Both the position numbers and the translations under genes were made by a program. Source: Coleofasciculus sp. B1-GNL1-01 (GTDB lineage: Bacteria > Cyanobacteriota > Cyanobacteriia > Cyanobacteriales > Coleofasciculaceae). From it: a DNA stretch of 64,000 nt. This document shows positions 29,304 through 39,611 of this stretch, piece by piece (positions within the stretch are counted from its first letter, which is position 1; each line of letters begins with the position of its first letter). The notes under the pieces were generated by a model. It did no database searches and was not told the origin of the DNA. It worked only from the letters and a program-made list of their open reading frames with translations. The stretch lies in NCBI GenBank assembly GCA_040220235.1, contig JAVJTO010000053.1; one strand, written 5' to 3'.

Positions 29304-31088
29304 TCAAACCATGACCGCCCCACTGCTAGCTGGACTCGCCGCCATCGCCCCAGAATAGACTAAACCTCGCTGCGTATCCAGAGTGATAATCGCCCCATCC
29401 CGAATCCGCTGAGTCGCATTTTTCACGCCAACAATCACCGGAACTCCCAAACGCATTCCAATCACCGCCGCGTGACTGGTTAAACTATCTTCCTCCGTCA
29501 CCACTCCGGAGGCTTTACGCATGGTATCGACAAAATCCGCACTGGTTGACGGAACCACCAGGATTTCACCCGGACTAAAGTTGTTCACCTCTCCCGCACT
29601 ATACGCCACCCGCGCTAATCCACTCACTGACCCTTTACCAATGCCAATCCCTTGACCCAGGACAGCCGTGACCACTTCCACTTTAATTAAATCCGTGGAA
29701 CCCGGTACCCCTTGCAATGTCCCTGCTGTCATCACCACCAAATCTCCCTCGGCGACAAGCTGTTTTTCTTGGGCGACATTAATTGCGGCTTGGAAGGTTT
29801 GACCCGTTGAGGGTAAATCCAGCACCAATAGGGGGCGAATTCCCCACACCAGTTGCAATTGTCGCGCCACATCTACATGGGGGGTTACCGCCAGAATTGG
29901 AGTGGAGGGGCGAAACTTGGAGACATTTCGTGCTGTGGAACCCGTTTTGGTGAGGGTCATAATCGCACAGGCTTGTAACTGTTCAGCAATTTGACCCACC
30001 GCCTGAGATATCGCATTGGGAATTGAACGGCGGGTGTCTTCTAGATTCCGCACAATTTCCTCTTGTTCGATACGGGTGGCAATTTTTGCCATCGTGGATA
30101 CGGCTTCGACGGGATAGTTCCCCACGGCGGTTTCATTGGACAGCATAACCGCGTCAGTACCATCGAGAATCGCGTTCGCCACATCGGAAATCTCTGCACG
30201 GGTGGGACGCGGGGAATTGACCATACTATCCAGCATCTGGGTAGCGGTAATTACTGGAATTCCCAAACGATTGGCGGTGGTAATTAGCCGCTTTTGTAAG
30301 ATAGGCACATCCTCAGCGGGTAATTCTACCCCTAAGTCACCCCGCGCCACCATCACCCCATCGGCGAGGGAGAGGATAGCGTCCATTTGTTCTATGGCTT
30401 CGTGCTTTTCAATTTTGACAACAAGGGGGACATCTTTCCCGGCGCTGGTAATCAGTTCTTTTATCTCCAGGACATCCTGGGGATTACGCACAAAGCTAAG
30501 GGCGACCCAATCGACCCCTTGGTCTAAGCCAAACATCAAATCCCGGCGGTCTTTATCGGTGAGGGCACGAATGGAGAGATAGACACCGGGGAAGTTTACA
30601 CCTTTGCTATTAGAAAGTTTACCACCGACAACGACCCGACAATGTAAGGCGCGTTTCTCGCGATTAATCTCTTCGACCTGCATTTCGACTCTGCCATCAT
30701 CCAAGAGAATCGTGGCGCCGTTGGGGACTTCATCAGCGAGGGGGGGATAGGTAACGGAACTGATCTCCTGAGTCCCGATTAGGGGTTCACTGGTTAAGGT
30801 GAAGCGATCGCCTCGTTCTAGTGTAATCGAACCGTTCTCAAATTTGCCTAAGCGGATTTTTGGTCCCTGTAAGTCTTGCAGAATACCCACAGGTTGATTT
30901 AGTTCAAATGCCGTTTGGCGAATCAGGCGAATGCTACGCTGATGGTCATCATGAGTGCCATGGGAAAAGTTGAGCCGCAATGTTGTCGCACCTGCTTTAA
31001 TCAGATCTCTGAGTACCTCTGGATGACTGGTAGCAGGACCAATCGTGGCTACAATCTTGGTTCGACGCCGGGATGTGTACAGTTGCAT
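29304..31088 (-). CDS. pyk: Pyruvate kinase with C-terminal PEP-utiliser mobile domain
   Basis: RRTKIVATIGP, RLNFSHG, DLQGPKIR, MVARGDLGVE, ATQMLDSM; C-terminal TSHAAV. Confidence 0.97.
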   Translation of the reverse strand: MQLYTSRRRTKIVATIGPATSHPEVLRDLIKAGATTLRLNFSHGTHDDHQRSIRLIRQTAFELNQPVGILQDLQGPKIRLGKFENGSITLERGDRFTLTSEPLIGTQEISSVTYPPLADEVPNGATILLDDGRVEMQVEEINREKRALHCRVVVGGKLSNSKGVNFPGVYLSIRALTDKDRRDLMFGLDQGVDWVALSFVRNPQDVLEIKELITSAGKDVPLVVKIEKHEAIEQMDAILSLADGVMVARGDLGVELPAEDVPILQKRLITTANRLGIPVITATQMLDSMVNSPRPTRAEISDVANAILDGTDAVMLSNETAVGNYPVEAVSTMAKIATRIEQEEIVRNLEDTRRSIPNAISQAVGQIAEQLQACAIMTLTKTGSTARNVSKFRPSTPILAVTPHVDVARQLQLVWGIRPLLVLDLPSTGQTFQAAINVAQEKQLVAEGDLVVMTAGTLQGVPGSTDLIKVEVVTAVLGQGIGIGKGSVSGLARVAYSAGEVNNFSPGEILVVPSTSADFVDTMRKASGVVTEEDSLTSHAAVIGMRLGVPVIVGVKNATQRIRDGAIITLDTQRGLVYSGAMAASPASSGAVMV

Positions 31089-31254
31089 AAGCAGAAAACG
31101 GGATGAGTAGGCTCAACGGCAAAATAACCGATGGGCTGCATGATAGATCACATTAGCGGATGGGTCAGCTAAAGCCAAGATAAATGATTGTATCGCTGTC
31201 CTTTGCCATTTGTCATTGGTTCATGGTTTATTGTTGATTGGGGAATCTTCTTCC

Positions 31255-31341
31255 TCCATCTTCCCTATCTCCCCCATCTTCCCCATCTCCCCTATCTTCC
31301 CCATCTTCCCCATCTCCCCTATCTCCCCCATCTCCCCCATC
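31255..31341. repeat. Tandem 9-mer array (CCC(C/T)ATCT(T/C))n
   Basis: About nine copies; related purine-rich arrays near 41895, 43540, 54955-55062. Confidence 0.9.
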
Positions 31342-31386
31342 TAGTAAGGGTTTCATGCAATGTCTCTACAAGGGGACGGGATTTTT

Positions 31387-32481
31387 TCATTCCCCAGCTA
31401 AACTTACACGCACCATTGTTTCCTTGCCAGGACTACTTTCAATGGTTAATTCTCCCCCATGTAATTGAGCTAAACGCTGGGCGATCGCTAACCCTAATCC
31501 TGACCCTTGTTGTTCATAGAGTTTGCGCTCAAACTGCATGTAGGCTCCCAGATTGGCGATTTGTTCCGATGTCATCCCCCGTCCCTGATCAGTAATGGTG
31601 AGAATGACCCGATTTTGCTCGACGCGATCGCGAATACTAACGCTTGTTCCGGGTGGCGAAAATTTAAACGCATTATCAATCAGTTCTTCAATCAATTTTC
31701 GCAGATTCGGTTCCGACATATAAATCTTTGTTCCTTGCAGGTTTAACTCTAAATCTGCTTCTCGATCAACTTGTTTGGCTTTCTGATGAACGACCTCAAA
31801 AATTAGGGGTTGACTCTCACTTTTAACCTCACGACTCTGTAGCGCCTGAAGCCGTGCTGGATCATTTGCCATTAATTCCAGTTCAGCATAGAGTAAGAAA
31901 TTCTTTGTCAGCCGATATAACCGTTGACTGGATGTGTGAATATCTTGTAATATTTCTAGGGCTTCATCTCGGTCAATATCATCGTATTCATTGATAAAAA
32001 AACTAGATGAAGCGATGATTCCATTTAAGGGTGTATATAACTCATGGGGGAGGGAATGGCAGATTTGACCGCGCAACTCATCCAACTTCTTTTGAGAGTG
32101 TCGTTCCAGAACCCCTTGTTTCTCAAATCGCGCCGCGATCGCTCTCAGTAACGCCTCTCTGGTAAAGGGTTTACTTAAATAATCATCGGCGCCAGATTCC
32201 ATTCCCTGACGCAGATCGGCTTTAGCTGATTTAGCAGTGAGAAAAATAAAGGGAATCGCTTCAGTGGAGAGATTTTGGCGTAGCTGAGTTAACACCCCAT
32301 ATCCATCCACTTCTGGCATCATAATGTCACAGATAATTAAATCGGGTCGTTGCTGTTGCGCCAACTGGATGCCAGTTTTACCATTTTCTGCTAAAAGTAC
32401 CTCAAACTCTTCTGCTGATAACAGTTCATAAATGTTCTCTCGAATCCCTTCTTCGTCTTCAATAATTAAAATTTTACTCAT
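31387..32481 (-). CDS. Hybrid response regulator - histidine kinase (REC-HisKA-HATPase)
   Basis: IIEDE, CDIMMP, FLTAK, YLSKP; PHELYTPL, NAFKFS, DQGRG, GSGLGL. Confidence 0.93.
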   Translation of the reverse strand: MSKILIIEDEEGIRENIYELLSAEEFEVLLAENGKTGIQLAQQQRPDLIICDIMMPEVDGYGVLTQLRQNLSTEAIPFIFLTAKSAKADLRQGMESGADDYLSKPFTREALLRAIAARFEKQGVLERHSQKKLDELRGQICHSLPHELYTPLNGIIASSSFFINEYDDIDRDEALEILQDIHTSSQRLYRLTKNFLLYAELELMANDPARLQALQSREVKSESQPLIFEVVHQKAKQVDREADLELNLQGTKIYMSEPNLRKLIEELIDNAFKFSPPGTSVSIRDRVEQNRVILTITDQGRGMTSEQIANLGAYMQFERKLYEQQGSGLGLAIAQRLAQLHGGELTIESSPGKETMVRVSLAGE

Positions 32482-32555
32482 AAGTTTTACCTCTAAGCTT
32501 TTTATGTTTTGGTCACGGAGAATGAGACGATTCTTGTTTACCCCTCCTCAATCGG

Positions 32556-35500
32556 TTATCCGGAAATGACCGAACTGGGTAGAACCACGGTAAACGTTGT
32601 CCCCATACCAAGTTCGCTCTCAACGCTAATTGTACCCCCATGCCGATCAACCGCTTTTTTGACAATGGATAGTCCCAAGCCTGTTCCGGAAATATTCCCT
32701 ACATTAGTGCCACGATGGAATGATTCAAACAGGCGTTGTTGGTCGGTTTGAGAAATGCCGATGCCTTGGTCTTTGACGCGAAAAATTAATTCGTTACGGC
32801 GATAAGTAAGTTCCAGACAAACCGGACGATCAATTGGGGAATACTTCAGCGCATTTGATAATAAATTACCCAGAATATGACGCAGTAATTTCTCATCAAG
32901 GGAAATGGGTGTCAATTGCCCCTGATGGGTAAAGCACAACGAATGGTGGCGACCAATTCCCTGTTGAAACTCCTCGACCAACTGTTGACAAAATTGTCGT
33001 ACATCCATCTGAGCCGGGTTAAAGTCTAATTTTCCGGCTTCGGCTTTACCCAGCAAGAGGATATCATTTAGCATCTGAGTGATATGATGAACATTCGATT
33101 GAATCCGCTCAAAATGAATCTGTTTTTTCTCTTCTGTGAACTTCGAGGAATAATATTTTAATAATTCTGTCGAACTGAGGATTGTGGTTAAAGGCGTGCG
33201 AAACTCATGGGAGGTCATAGAAATAAACCGGGATTTGAGTTCATTGAGTTCCTGTTCTCGTGCTAAGGCTTGGCGAATTTCCTGTTCAGCTTGCTTATCC
33301 TCGGTGATATCTTCCGCAATTCCCACAATCCGGTAAACCTGTCCAGACGCATCATAAACCGGAAAGGCGCGATCGCGAATCCAACGCTGTTCACCTCCTG
33401 GCTGAATAATCCGATAGTCTTCGTGATACTCTCCCCTAGCCTGTTTCGTAAACGCGGCGATTACCCGATCTCGATCCTCTGGATGAATCGTTTCGATAAA
33501 GGATAAAGGATTGTCATAAATACTTTGACAACTACGACCCCAGATCTGTTGATAAGCTGGACTAACATAAATCATCTGGGACTTTGCCACATCTGTAATC
33601 CAAAACACCTCATGAATGTTCTCCGCAAGCTGGCGAAACCGTTGTTCACTCTCTTGTAGCGCCGCTTCCGTGCGCTTGCGATCGCTAATATCTTCGATCA
33701 CACCGACAAAATAGTCCAATTCCCCGGTAGATTTCCGCACCAATGAACCCCTGAGATTCACCCAAACAATTGAGCCGTCTTTGCGAATGTAGCGCTTCTC
33801 CATGGAGAATGTCTTAATCTCACCCGCTAACAACTGGTTAACATAGTATTTATCCCCATCAACGTCATCAGGGTAGGTAATATCAACAAAGGTTTTTGTC
33901 AACAATTCATCCAGCGTATATCCCACGATATCACAGAACGTTTGATTCACCCGCAAAAAGCGATCGTCCCATCCGGTATGGGTAATTCCCACCGTCACCT
34001 GTTCAAAGGTGGAACGAAATCGTTCTTCGCTAGTTCGTAGCGCCGCTTCCGTTTGCTGGCGTTGGGTAATATCGCGACAGATACAAATAAAATTACCCTC
34101 TGGGGTCAACGTTAGAGACACTTCCTCAGCAAACGTACTCCCATTTTGACGTAGCGCCACAGCTTCACCGCGCCAATACCCCTGTTGCTGCAAAATGGGG
34201 AAAATATCGCGCTCAAATCGCGTGATTTCCTCTGGAGTATACAGGTGTCGCCAAGACTTCCCCAGCAACGCTTCCGAGGTATCATATCCAAAGAGTTGAA
34301 CATGGGCGGGGTTGAGATAAGTATACTCCCCCTGAGCGTTAAGAATCGCAATTCCTTCTGTGGTGGCTTCAATCGCTGCTAACTGTTGTCGCAATTGGGT
34401 TTCTACCTGTTGACGTTCGGCAATTTCATGCTGTAATTGTTGGTTACTTTGCTGCAATTGAGCCGTGCGTTCCTCAACCCGACGTTCTAGTTCTTGTTTC
34501 GCCTGTTGCAGTTCTAGTTCCACTCGTTTACGTTGGATGAGTTCCGTTTGCACCTGCTCAAATAGGCTAGCTTGTTGAATCGCAATTCCTACCTGTACCG
34601 CTAACTGTTGCAGTAATTCAATTTCTGACGTTTGCCACTGTCTAGGTGCATGACAGTGTTGAGCCGTCAGCAGTCCCCATAATTCATCGTCTTTAATGAT
34701 AGGAACCACTAAATTGGCGCGAACTTTTAAGCTGGCTAAAAGTTCAACATGACAAGGGGAGAGTCCAGCGGTATAAATATCATCTGTAGCTTGGAAACGA
34801 CCGTTTTTGTACGACTCGACACTGGTTTGTTCAAAGCAGGGATCATGAACAACCACGCCAGACAGAGACTCCCATGCAGCACCCACCGATTCCACCATCA
34901 CTGTACCACTCCAGTCGGAGTGAAATCGATAAATTAGTACCCGGTCAACTTGAAGCCATTCTCGTACTTCTTGTAGGGTGGTTTTGAGAATTTCTTCAAG
35001 GTGCAGAGATTGACGAATTCGCGACGATATGCTGTAAAGTAGGTGTTCTTTGGTTGAGTGTTGAGTGTAGAGTGTTGATCCTTCGCCACCCTCGTAGGGA
35101 ACCTGGTTCGTAGGGGCGGGTTTAGGAATTTCCTTTTCGCTATTGATGGTATCGTTTGTACAAAACCCGCCCTGACTCAGTGTTAACTGCAACTGGGTAT
35201 CAGTTTGAGGAGTCAGTTCAGCGTTAACCGGAGAAATAGAGGGCAAAATTGGATTTAGAAACGATAACGTTTTGCCATTAAGGTTTATCGCCCGCAACCA
35301 GCTGTCCTGGTCAATCATCCCCTGCCATTCTCCCCGATTCCCTAAGACGACCAATTGCTGAGTGTGCCACTGTTGCATCCGTTGATAAGCTGTACCTAAA
35401 AAATCATCAGGGCGAATACTAAACCACGGCGAACTCATTACCGTTTGGGCATCAAGCTGTTGAAAATTTAAGGGTAATGTTTGAAACTGAACAATATCGT

Positions 35501-36227
35501 TGGCTGTAACAATCCCCATGGGAATAGGGGATTGACTAAACGATAAAAAATAGGACAAGTCTAAATCTGTAACCGTCTCCCCTTTTCCCTGTTCCCTCTG
35601 TCGAACAATCACCACGTAACCAACACCATGAGTTGCCATCAACTGAGCTAACTTTTGCACTGATGCTGTAGGAGGCGCACAAATCACCTGAGTTGTCATC
35701 ACTTCAGCAACAGAATGTAACCCCATTACATCCGTCATTTGTAGGAGGTGGTGCATTCTCTGGGGGGTGACAATTCCTAACAGATAACCACTCTCATTGA
35801 GTATGGGTAGATGATGAATACTATGCTGCTGGAACAAGTTGAGGATGATTGTTACATCTTGACAGTCTGATGCGTTGAGGGTAATTAACTGCGGAGTCAT
35901 CACATCAGCCGCCGTCAGTGCGTCTAAATTCATGTCAAACGCGGCTAACCGGACAAAATCTTGCTCTGTCAACAATCCAAGCAGTTGCATTCCCTGCATG
36001 ACTAAAACACAACTGGTTCTCGCCTGCTTCATTAAACGCCAATCCGGTAAGGGATGGTCACTCTCGGTAGACGTGTCTGATAAACAGGTGGTGCAATCAC
36101 ATCCAGCTTCTTGAGCAATCAGACGGATAACCTCACTCAAGGTTGTCTCAGGTGCAACACTCAAGGGATAGGGATCAATTACCGCCTCTAACGGTAATGA
36201 CGAGAGGGAGAGGTCTAGAAGTGACAT
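32556..36227 (-). CDS. Multi-sensor histidine kinase: CBS - cyanobacteriochrome GAF - 3x PAS - HisKA - HATPase
   Basis: CBS pairs (ADVMT, VAEVMT); GAF with DPCF and CH; PAS/PAC (DITQRQ, DISDRK, DITEDK); SHEFRTPL, NALKYS, DQGIG, GTGLGL. Confidence 0.93.
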   Translation of the reverse strand: MSLLDLSLSSLPLEAVIDPYPLSVAPETTLSEVIRLIAQEAGCDCTTCLSDTSTESDHPLPDWRLMKQARTSCVLVMQGMQLLGLLTEQDFVRLAAFDMNLDALTAADVMTPQLITLNASDCQDVTIILNLFQQHSIHHLPILNESGYLLGIVTPQRMHHLLQMTDVMGLHSVAEVMTTQVICAPPTASVQKLAQLMATHGVGYVVIVRQREQGKGETVTDLDLSYFLSFSQSPIPMGIVTANDIVQFQTLPLNFQQLDAQTVMSSPWFSIRPDDFLGTAYQRMQQWHTQQLVVLGNRGEWQGMIDQDSWLRAINLNGKTLSFLNPILPSISPVNAELTPQTDTQLQLTLSQGGFCTNDTINSEKEIPKPAPTNQVPYEGGEGSTLYTQHSTKEHLLYSISSRIRQSLHLEEILKTTLQEVREWLQVDRVLIYRFHSDWSGTVMVESVGAAWESLSGVVVHDPCFEQTSVESYKNGRFQATDDIYTAGLSPCHVELLASLKVRANLVVPIIKDDELWGLLTAQHCHAPRQWQTSEIELLQQLAVQVGIAIQQASLFEQVQTELIQRKRVELELQQAKQELERRVEERTAQLQQSNQQLQHEIAERQQVETQLRQQLAAIEATTEGIAILNAQGEYTYLNPAHVQLFGYDTSEALLGKSWRHLYTPEEITRFERDIFPILQQQGYWRGEAVALRQNGSTFAEEVSLTLTPEGNFICICRDITQRQQTEAALRTSEERFRSTFEQVTVGITHTGWDDRFLRVNQTFCDIVGYTLDELLTKTFVDITYPDDVDGDKYYVNQLLAGEIKTFSMEKRYIRKDGSIVWVNLRGSLVRKSTGELDYFVGVIEDISDRKRTEAALQESEQRFRQLAENIHEVFWITDVAKSQMIYVSPAYQQIWGRSCQSIYDNPLSFIETIHPEDRDRVIAAFTKQARGEYHEDYRIIQPGGEQRWIRDRAFPVYDASGQVYRIVGIAEDITEDKQAEQEIRQALAREQELNELKSRFISMTSHEFRTPLTTILSSTELLKYYSSKFTEEKKQIHFERIQSNVHHITQMLNDILLLGKAEAGKLDFNPAQMDVRQFCQQLVEEFQQGIGRHHSLCFTHQGQLTPISLDEKLLRHILGNLLSNALKYSPIDRPVCLELTYRRNELIFRVKDQGIGISQTDQQRLFESFHRGTNVGNISGTGLGLSIVKKAVDRHGGTISVESELGMGTTFTVVLPSSVISG

Positions 36228-36471
36228 GGCAAACTTCAGAAGTGTAACGATAGAGGAGTCTGGGGTCTTATCTTTTATCAAACGTCAACTCAACTGGATT
36301 TGACATCCGTATGTTTACGGACTCTGAGAACCCGATTATCCTCATTCACCGTATTTTTTCTGAGGGTTTGTCATTGGTCATTGGTCATTGGTCATTGGTC
36401 ATTGGTCATTGGTCATGGGTTATGGGTCAAGGTAAGTCGAGGTGTAGCCTATTTCCTGGCGCGTAGTGCTA

Positions 36472-36621
36472 TAAGCTGTCATGCATTTAAATTGGGTATT
36501 AGTAGCGAGCAAGATGCTCAATGTAGCGAGCAAGATGCAAAGCCTGCGGCATGGCTTCGCTTAACGCACTACAAGGGTGGGAGCCATTATTGGCATTAAG
36601 GTTGAAATGCCGAACAGCTTA
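36472..36621. mobile_element. MITE-like element
   Basis: Imperfect TIRs TAAGCTGTCATGCATTTAA / TTGAAATGCCGAACAGCTTA; internal TAGCGAGCAAGATGC duplication. Confidence 0.55.
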
Positions 36622-36826
36622 CTGGCGATGTGCCAAGCCAACTACGCCCTTTGTCCTTTGTTCGGAATCACTTCTCTTCCCTTCTACTCTCTGCTTTCTA
36701 CCTGTTGCTATATGTCCGAGTAATTGCGGAATCGGCAAATTATAAGTCCTATTTTTTTGTGTAATTTCCCGGAGGAAAAATAAGCCAACTATCTCTAGGA
36801 TTGATTTAGAGTCAAGGTGATGTTTT

Positions 36827-37018
36827 ATGCGGGTTCATCAACATTCTATTTTATTGGCAGAAGTGAAGCAACTGGTTGAGCAACTTCCGCTGGAAGACAA
36901 GGCTCAATTAGTTGAAAATTTGTTAACTGGAACTGATTCACCAGCGATTTTGGGGTGCTTGGATTTATCGAATTTGTTTTTCGCGATCGCGAGTTGGATT
37001 GCTACACGAGAGATATAA
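36827..37018 (+). CDS. Small hypothetical protein
   Basis: 63 aa, AAGGTG RBS, VEQLPLEDKAQLVENLL helical motif; co-oriented with the next two genes. Confidence 0.55.
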   Translation: MRVHQHSILLAEVKQLVEQLPLEDKAQLVENLLTGTDSPAILGCLDLSNLFFAIASWIATREI

Positions 37019-37028
37019 GCCAAAACCG

Positions 37029-37502
37029 ATGAGTAAGACCCCTTTTTCAGACCCCTTTTTTGCCCAAATTCCTGCGGAAACACTCAAGACATTTACGCCA
37101 GAACAGTTAGAGGCGATTAAATATGCCTTTAGTCCCCGCCCTTGGAAAACGCATCCGGTTGATATCCGCTTAACTTTACCGATTCTTGGATGTCGCTTTT
37201 ATCTCGTTTTGTTAGGCGGACGAGAATCGCGTTCTCCTCAACGGCGACATACTGAACGTTCTCAATTTCCGCTATGGACGCCTGCCAATATTGTATTGAT
37301 TACAGCTTTTTTTTCGTTATTGCTAACCTCCGGCTATGGCACAGTTTCAGTCTTTTTCACTTCCTTTAAATCCTTCAGTCTTCCCACCACCGCTTATCCC
37401 GCCAGTCTGCCCTGGATTACTAACTCAGAACAGTGTCAGAAAACCAATAGAACCTGGTCAGAAGGACAATGCTGGGACAGTGAACACAATCCTCTATTTT
37501 AA
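37029..37502 (+). CDS. Hypothetical membrane protein (paralogue A)
   Basis: FTPEQL..HPVDIRL..FYLVLLGGRESRS motif, TM, C-terminal C..W..CWD. Confidence 0.8.
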   Translation: MSKTPFSDPFFAQIPAETLKTFTPEQLEAIKYAFSPRPWKTHPVDIRLTLPILGCRFYLVLLGGRESRSPQRRHTERSQFPLWTPANIVLITAFFSLLLTSGYGTVSVFFTSFKSFSLPTTAYPASLPWITNSEQCQKTNRTWSEGQCWDSEHNPLF

Positions 37503-37589
37503 CCTGTTTTTTGTATTTTATTATTGAGATTTATCCGCTTACTTACATGACCTTGTTGTAAAAACTACATTCAGAAAAACTAACATTTT

Positions 37590-37982
37590 ATGAAATCGTC
37601 AAAACCTGATCCATTTATTGAACAATTTTTCGCTCGCATCCCCCCTAAAACCGCTGCTACATTTAATCCTAATCAACTGGATATCCTTAAGCAAACATTC
37701 GGGAATCGTGCCTCGAAAAAACATGCTGTTGATTTACGCTTATCGATGCCATTTCCGAAAGGAGGCTTTTACTGGGTGCTATTGATGGGGAGGGAAAAAC
37801 GTAGTCGCGATCGCATTCAGCAAGAACGTCATAAACATCCGCTTTGGACTGTTGCCAATGGTTTAGTAATTTCCGGATTTTTATTGATGATTGCCACCGC
37901 TTTACTCGGTACAGTTTTTATCCTGCAAGAGCGGACGGACGTTCCGACTAACTCAGAAATTAACAACGTTGTCAAGGAATAA
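37590..37982 (+). CDS. Hypothetical membrane protein (paralogue B)
   Basis: FNPNQL..HAVDLRL..FYWVLLMGREKRS motif, TM. Confidence 0.8.
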   Translation: MKSSKPDPFIEQFFARIPPKTAATFNPNQLDILKQTFGNRASKKHAVDLRLSMPFPKGGFYWVLLMGREKRSRDRIQQERHKHPLWTVANGLVISGFLLMIATALLGTVFILQERTDVPTNSEINNVVKE

Positions 37983-38142
37983 ATCAACGTAGGGGCGCAC
38001 TGACGTCATCTGTGTAAACTTAAGGTGAAAAATTTTTCCCTGTCAGAGTTTGAATCTCGTTGCCTTAATCTTAACTCCCCTTAATCCCAGGGCTAATTCA
38101 TTGTGATGAGAGAAAATTAATCCGTAGTTCTATTAAATAAAT

Positions 38143-38994
38143 CTAAAAAGGAAAACTTCCATTTTCACAAAGGCTAGGAGTGAGAAAATGCAGAGTCGCC
38201 AAAACACCCAGAATCGCACTGACAATTATACCTGTAGCAATTCGTTTAATTCGTACAAACTGGGCAAGCTGACTCGCCCAAATATATTCTCGGTGTTCTT
38301 GAAGTGGCAATGGTGTATTGTTATCCGATGCAGCTAACCAAGCTGTTGCTTCCCACAATTGTTTACCGCGTAGCAAATAGCTGCGATCTCTATCATGAGA
38401 GACCCAATCCCGCCAGAGTCCGTAGAATTTAGTATGTAATCTGGCGTCTTCTGGATTAATATTGAGAGCATCCAATAATTTGGTTAAGCAAACATCAAAG
38501 TTCTCTTCTGGAGTAAAAAACATCCAGTTTATGGCTCGCAAAGATAAGGGAACTGGATCAGGTTGCTCAATCACAATCGGAAAAATCCGTTTACCTTGAC
38601 TTAAAGCATACTCTAACTCTTGACCACAAACCTTAGATATTGCCGAGTTTTGGGTTAGCATAAATAAAAAATAATCAGAATCTTCAATCCCTCGCTTAAT
38701 TTCCTCCCACCACTCAACCGCTGGTGGAATATCTTCCCAATCTACCCAGATTTCATAATTCGGAGATAGAGCGGCGTAGAGTTTTTCAACGAATACTTTG
38801 TCCTTGTGGGAGTAAGAGAAAAATAGCATACTGCCACGTTCTTGAATGTCCGGTTTTCGGAAACTATCTTTGAGTAAAAACAGCAGCCTTTTGAGAAAAC
38901 GCGGGGGAGGAGAAGGAGGAATCGGAGTTTGAAGGCTAGTCATTTGATATCCAGAACTATACGATAAAGCTTGAATGGTTGGATACTTCACCAC
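38143..38994 (-). CDS. TIR-domain protein with C-terminal TM helix (start uncertain)
   Basis: FFSYSHKDKVFV..WVDWEDIPP..W..EI..GIE..S..C..ELEYA..KRIFPI; then HT..W..LLRGKQL..WL linker and TM. Confidence 0.88.
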   Translation of the reverse strand: MVKYPTIQALSYSSGYQMTSLQTPIPPSPPPRFLKRLLFLLKDSFRKPDIQERGSMLFFSYSHKDKVFVEKLYAALSPNYEIWVDWEDIPPAVEWWEEIKRGIEDSDYFLFMLTQNSAISKVCGQELEYALSQGKRIFPIVIEQPDPVPLSLRAINWMFFTPEENFDVCLTKLLDALNINPEDARLHTKFYGLWRDWVSHDRDRSYLLRGKQLWEATAWLAASDNNTPLPLQEHREYIWASQLAQFVRIKRIATGIIVSAILGVLATLHFLTPSLCENGSFPF

Positions 38995-39218
38995 AACTCG
39001 TAAATTTTCCGGTTTTTGTTAAACTTTCTTTATATTCTTGAGAGAATAAGTCGTGATGTATTAATTTTCTCTAAGTCATTAGTGGAGTTTTCTAGTATCG
39101 ACGGCTGTGTTCCTGGAAAAGGACTGAATTCGTGGGTGGAGGTGATTGAACCATAGGGAGATGTGCCAGAATCACACCTTCGGTAACCTGAACTTAAATT
39201 CGATTTAAGGAGAGAATA

Positions 39219-39611
39219 ATGCTGGAGAATGCCCAAACACACAATCAGACAACTCCGGAAGATGAAGCCAATCTGGATGCGATCGCCACTGACGCCACCA
39301 ACGCGATTAACCAACTCCCCACAGCCACACAGACGCAGCTTACAGGAACCAAAGAACTCCTGAGACAATTGCAGCGTATTATTGAGGCGGAGGATAACTT
39401 ATCGCCCCAAGACAAAGCCCAAGCCTTAGAACAGGTGAAGATACTCGCCGAAGCCGGGAAGAATCCCCAAGCGCCACAGAAACAGGAACAAGCCCAAACC
39501 GCCATTAGAATTTTACGCGGGATGATTGCCGAATTACCCAACGCCCATGACTTTTTAGAAGAGAGTACGCGGATATTACCCCAACTGGCGGAGATTTTTG
39601 GTATTAAATAG
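39219..39611 (+). CDS. Hypothetical all-helical protein
   Basis: 130 aa with AAGGAG RBS; LSPQDKAQALEQVKILAEAGKNP motif. Confidence 0.8.
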   Translation: MLENAQTHNQTTPEDEANLDAIATDATNAINQLPTATQTQLTGTKELLRQLQRIIEAEDNLSPQDKAQALEQVKILAEAGKNPQAPQKQEQAQTAIRILRGMIAELPNAHDFLEESTRILPQLAEIFGIK

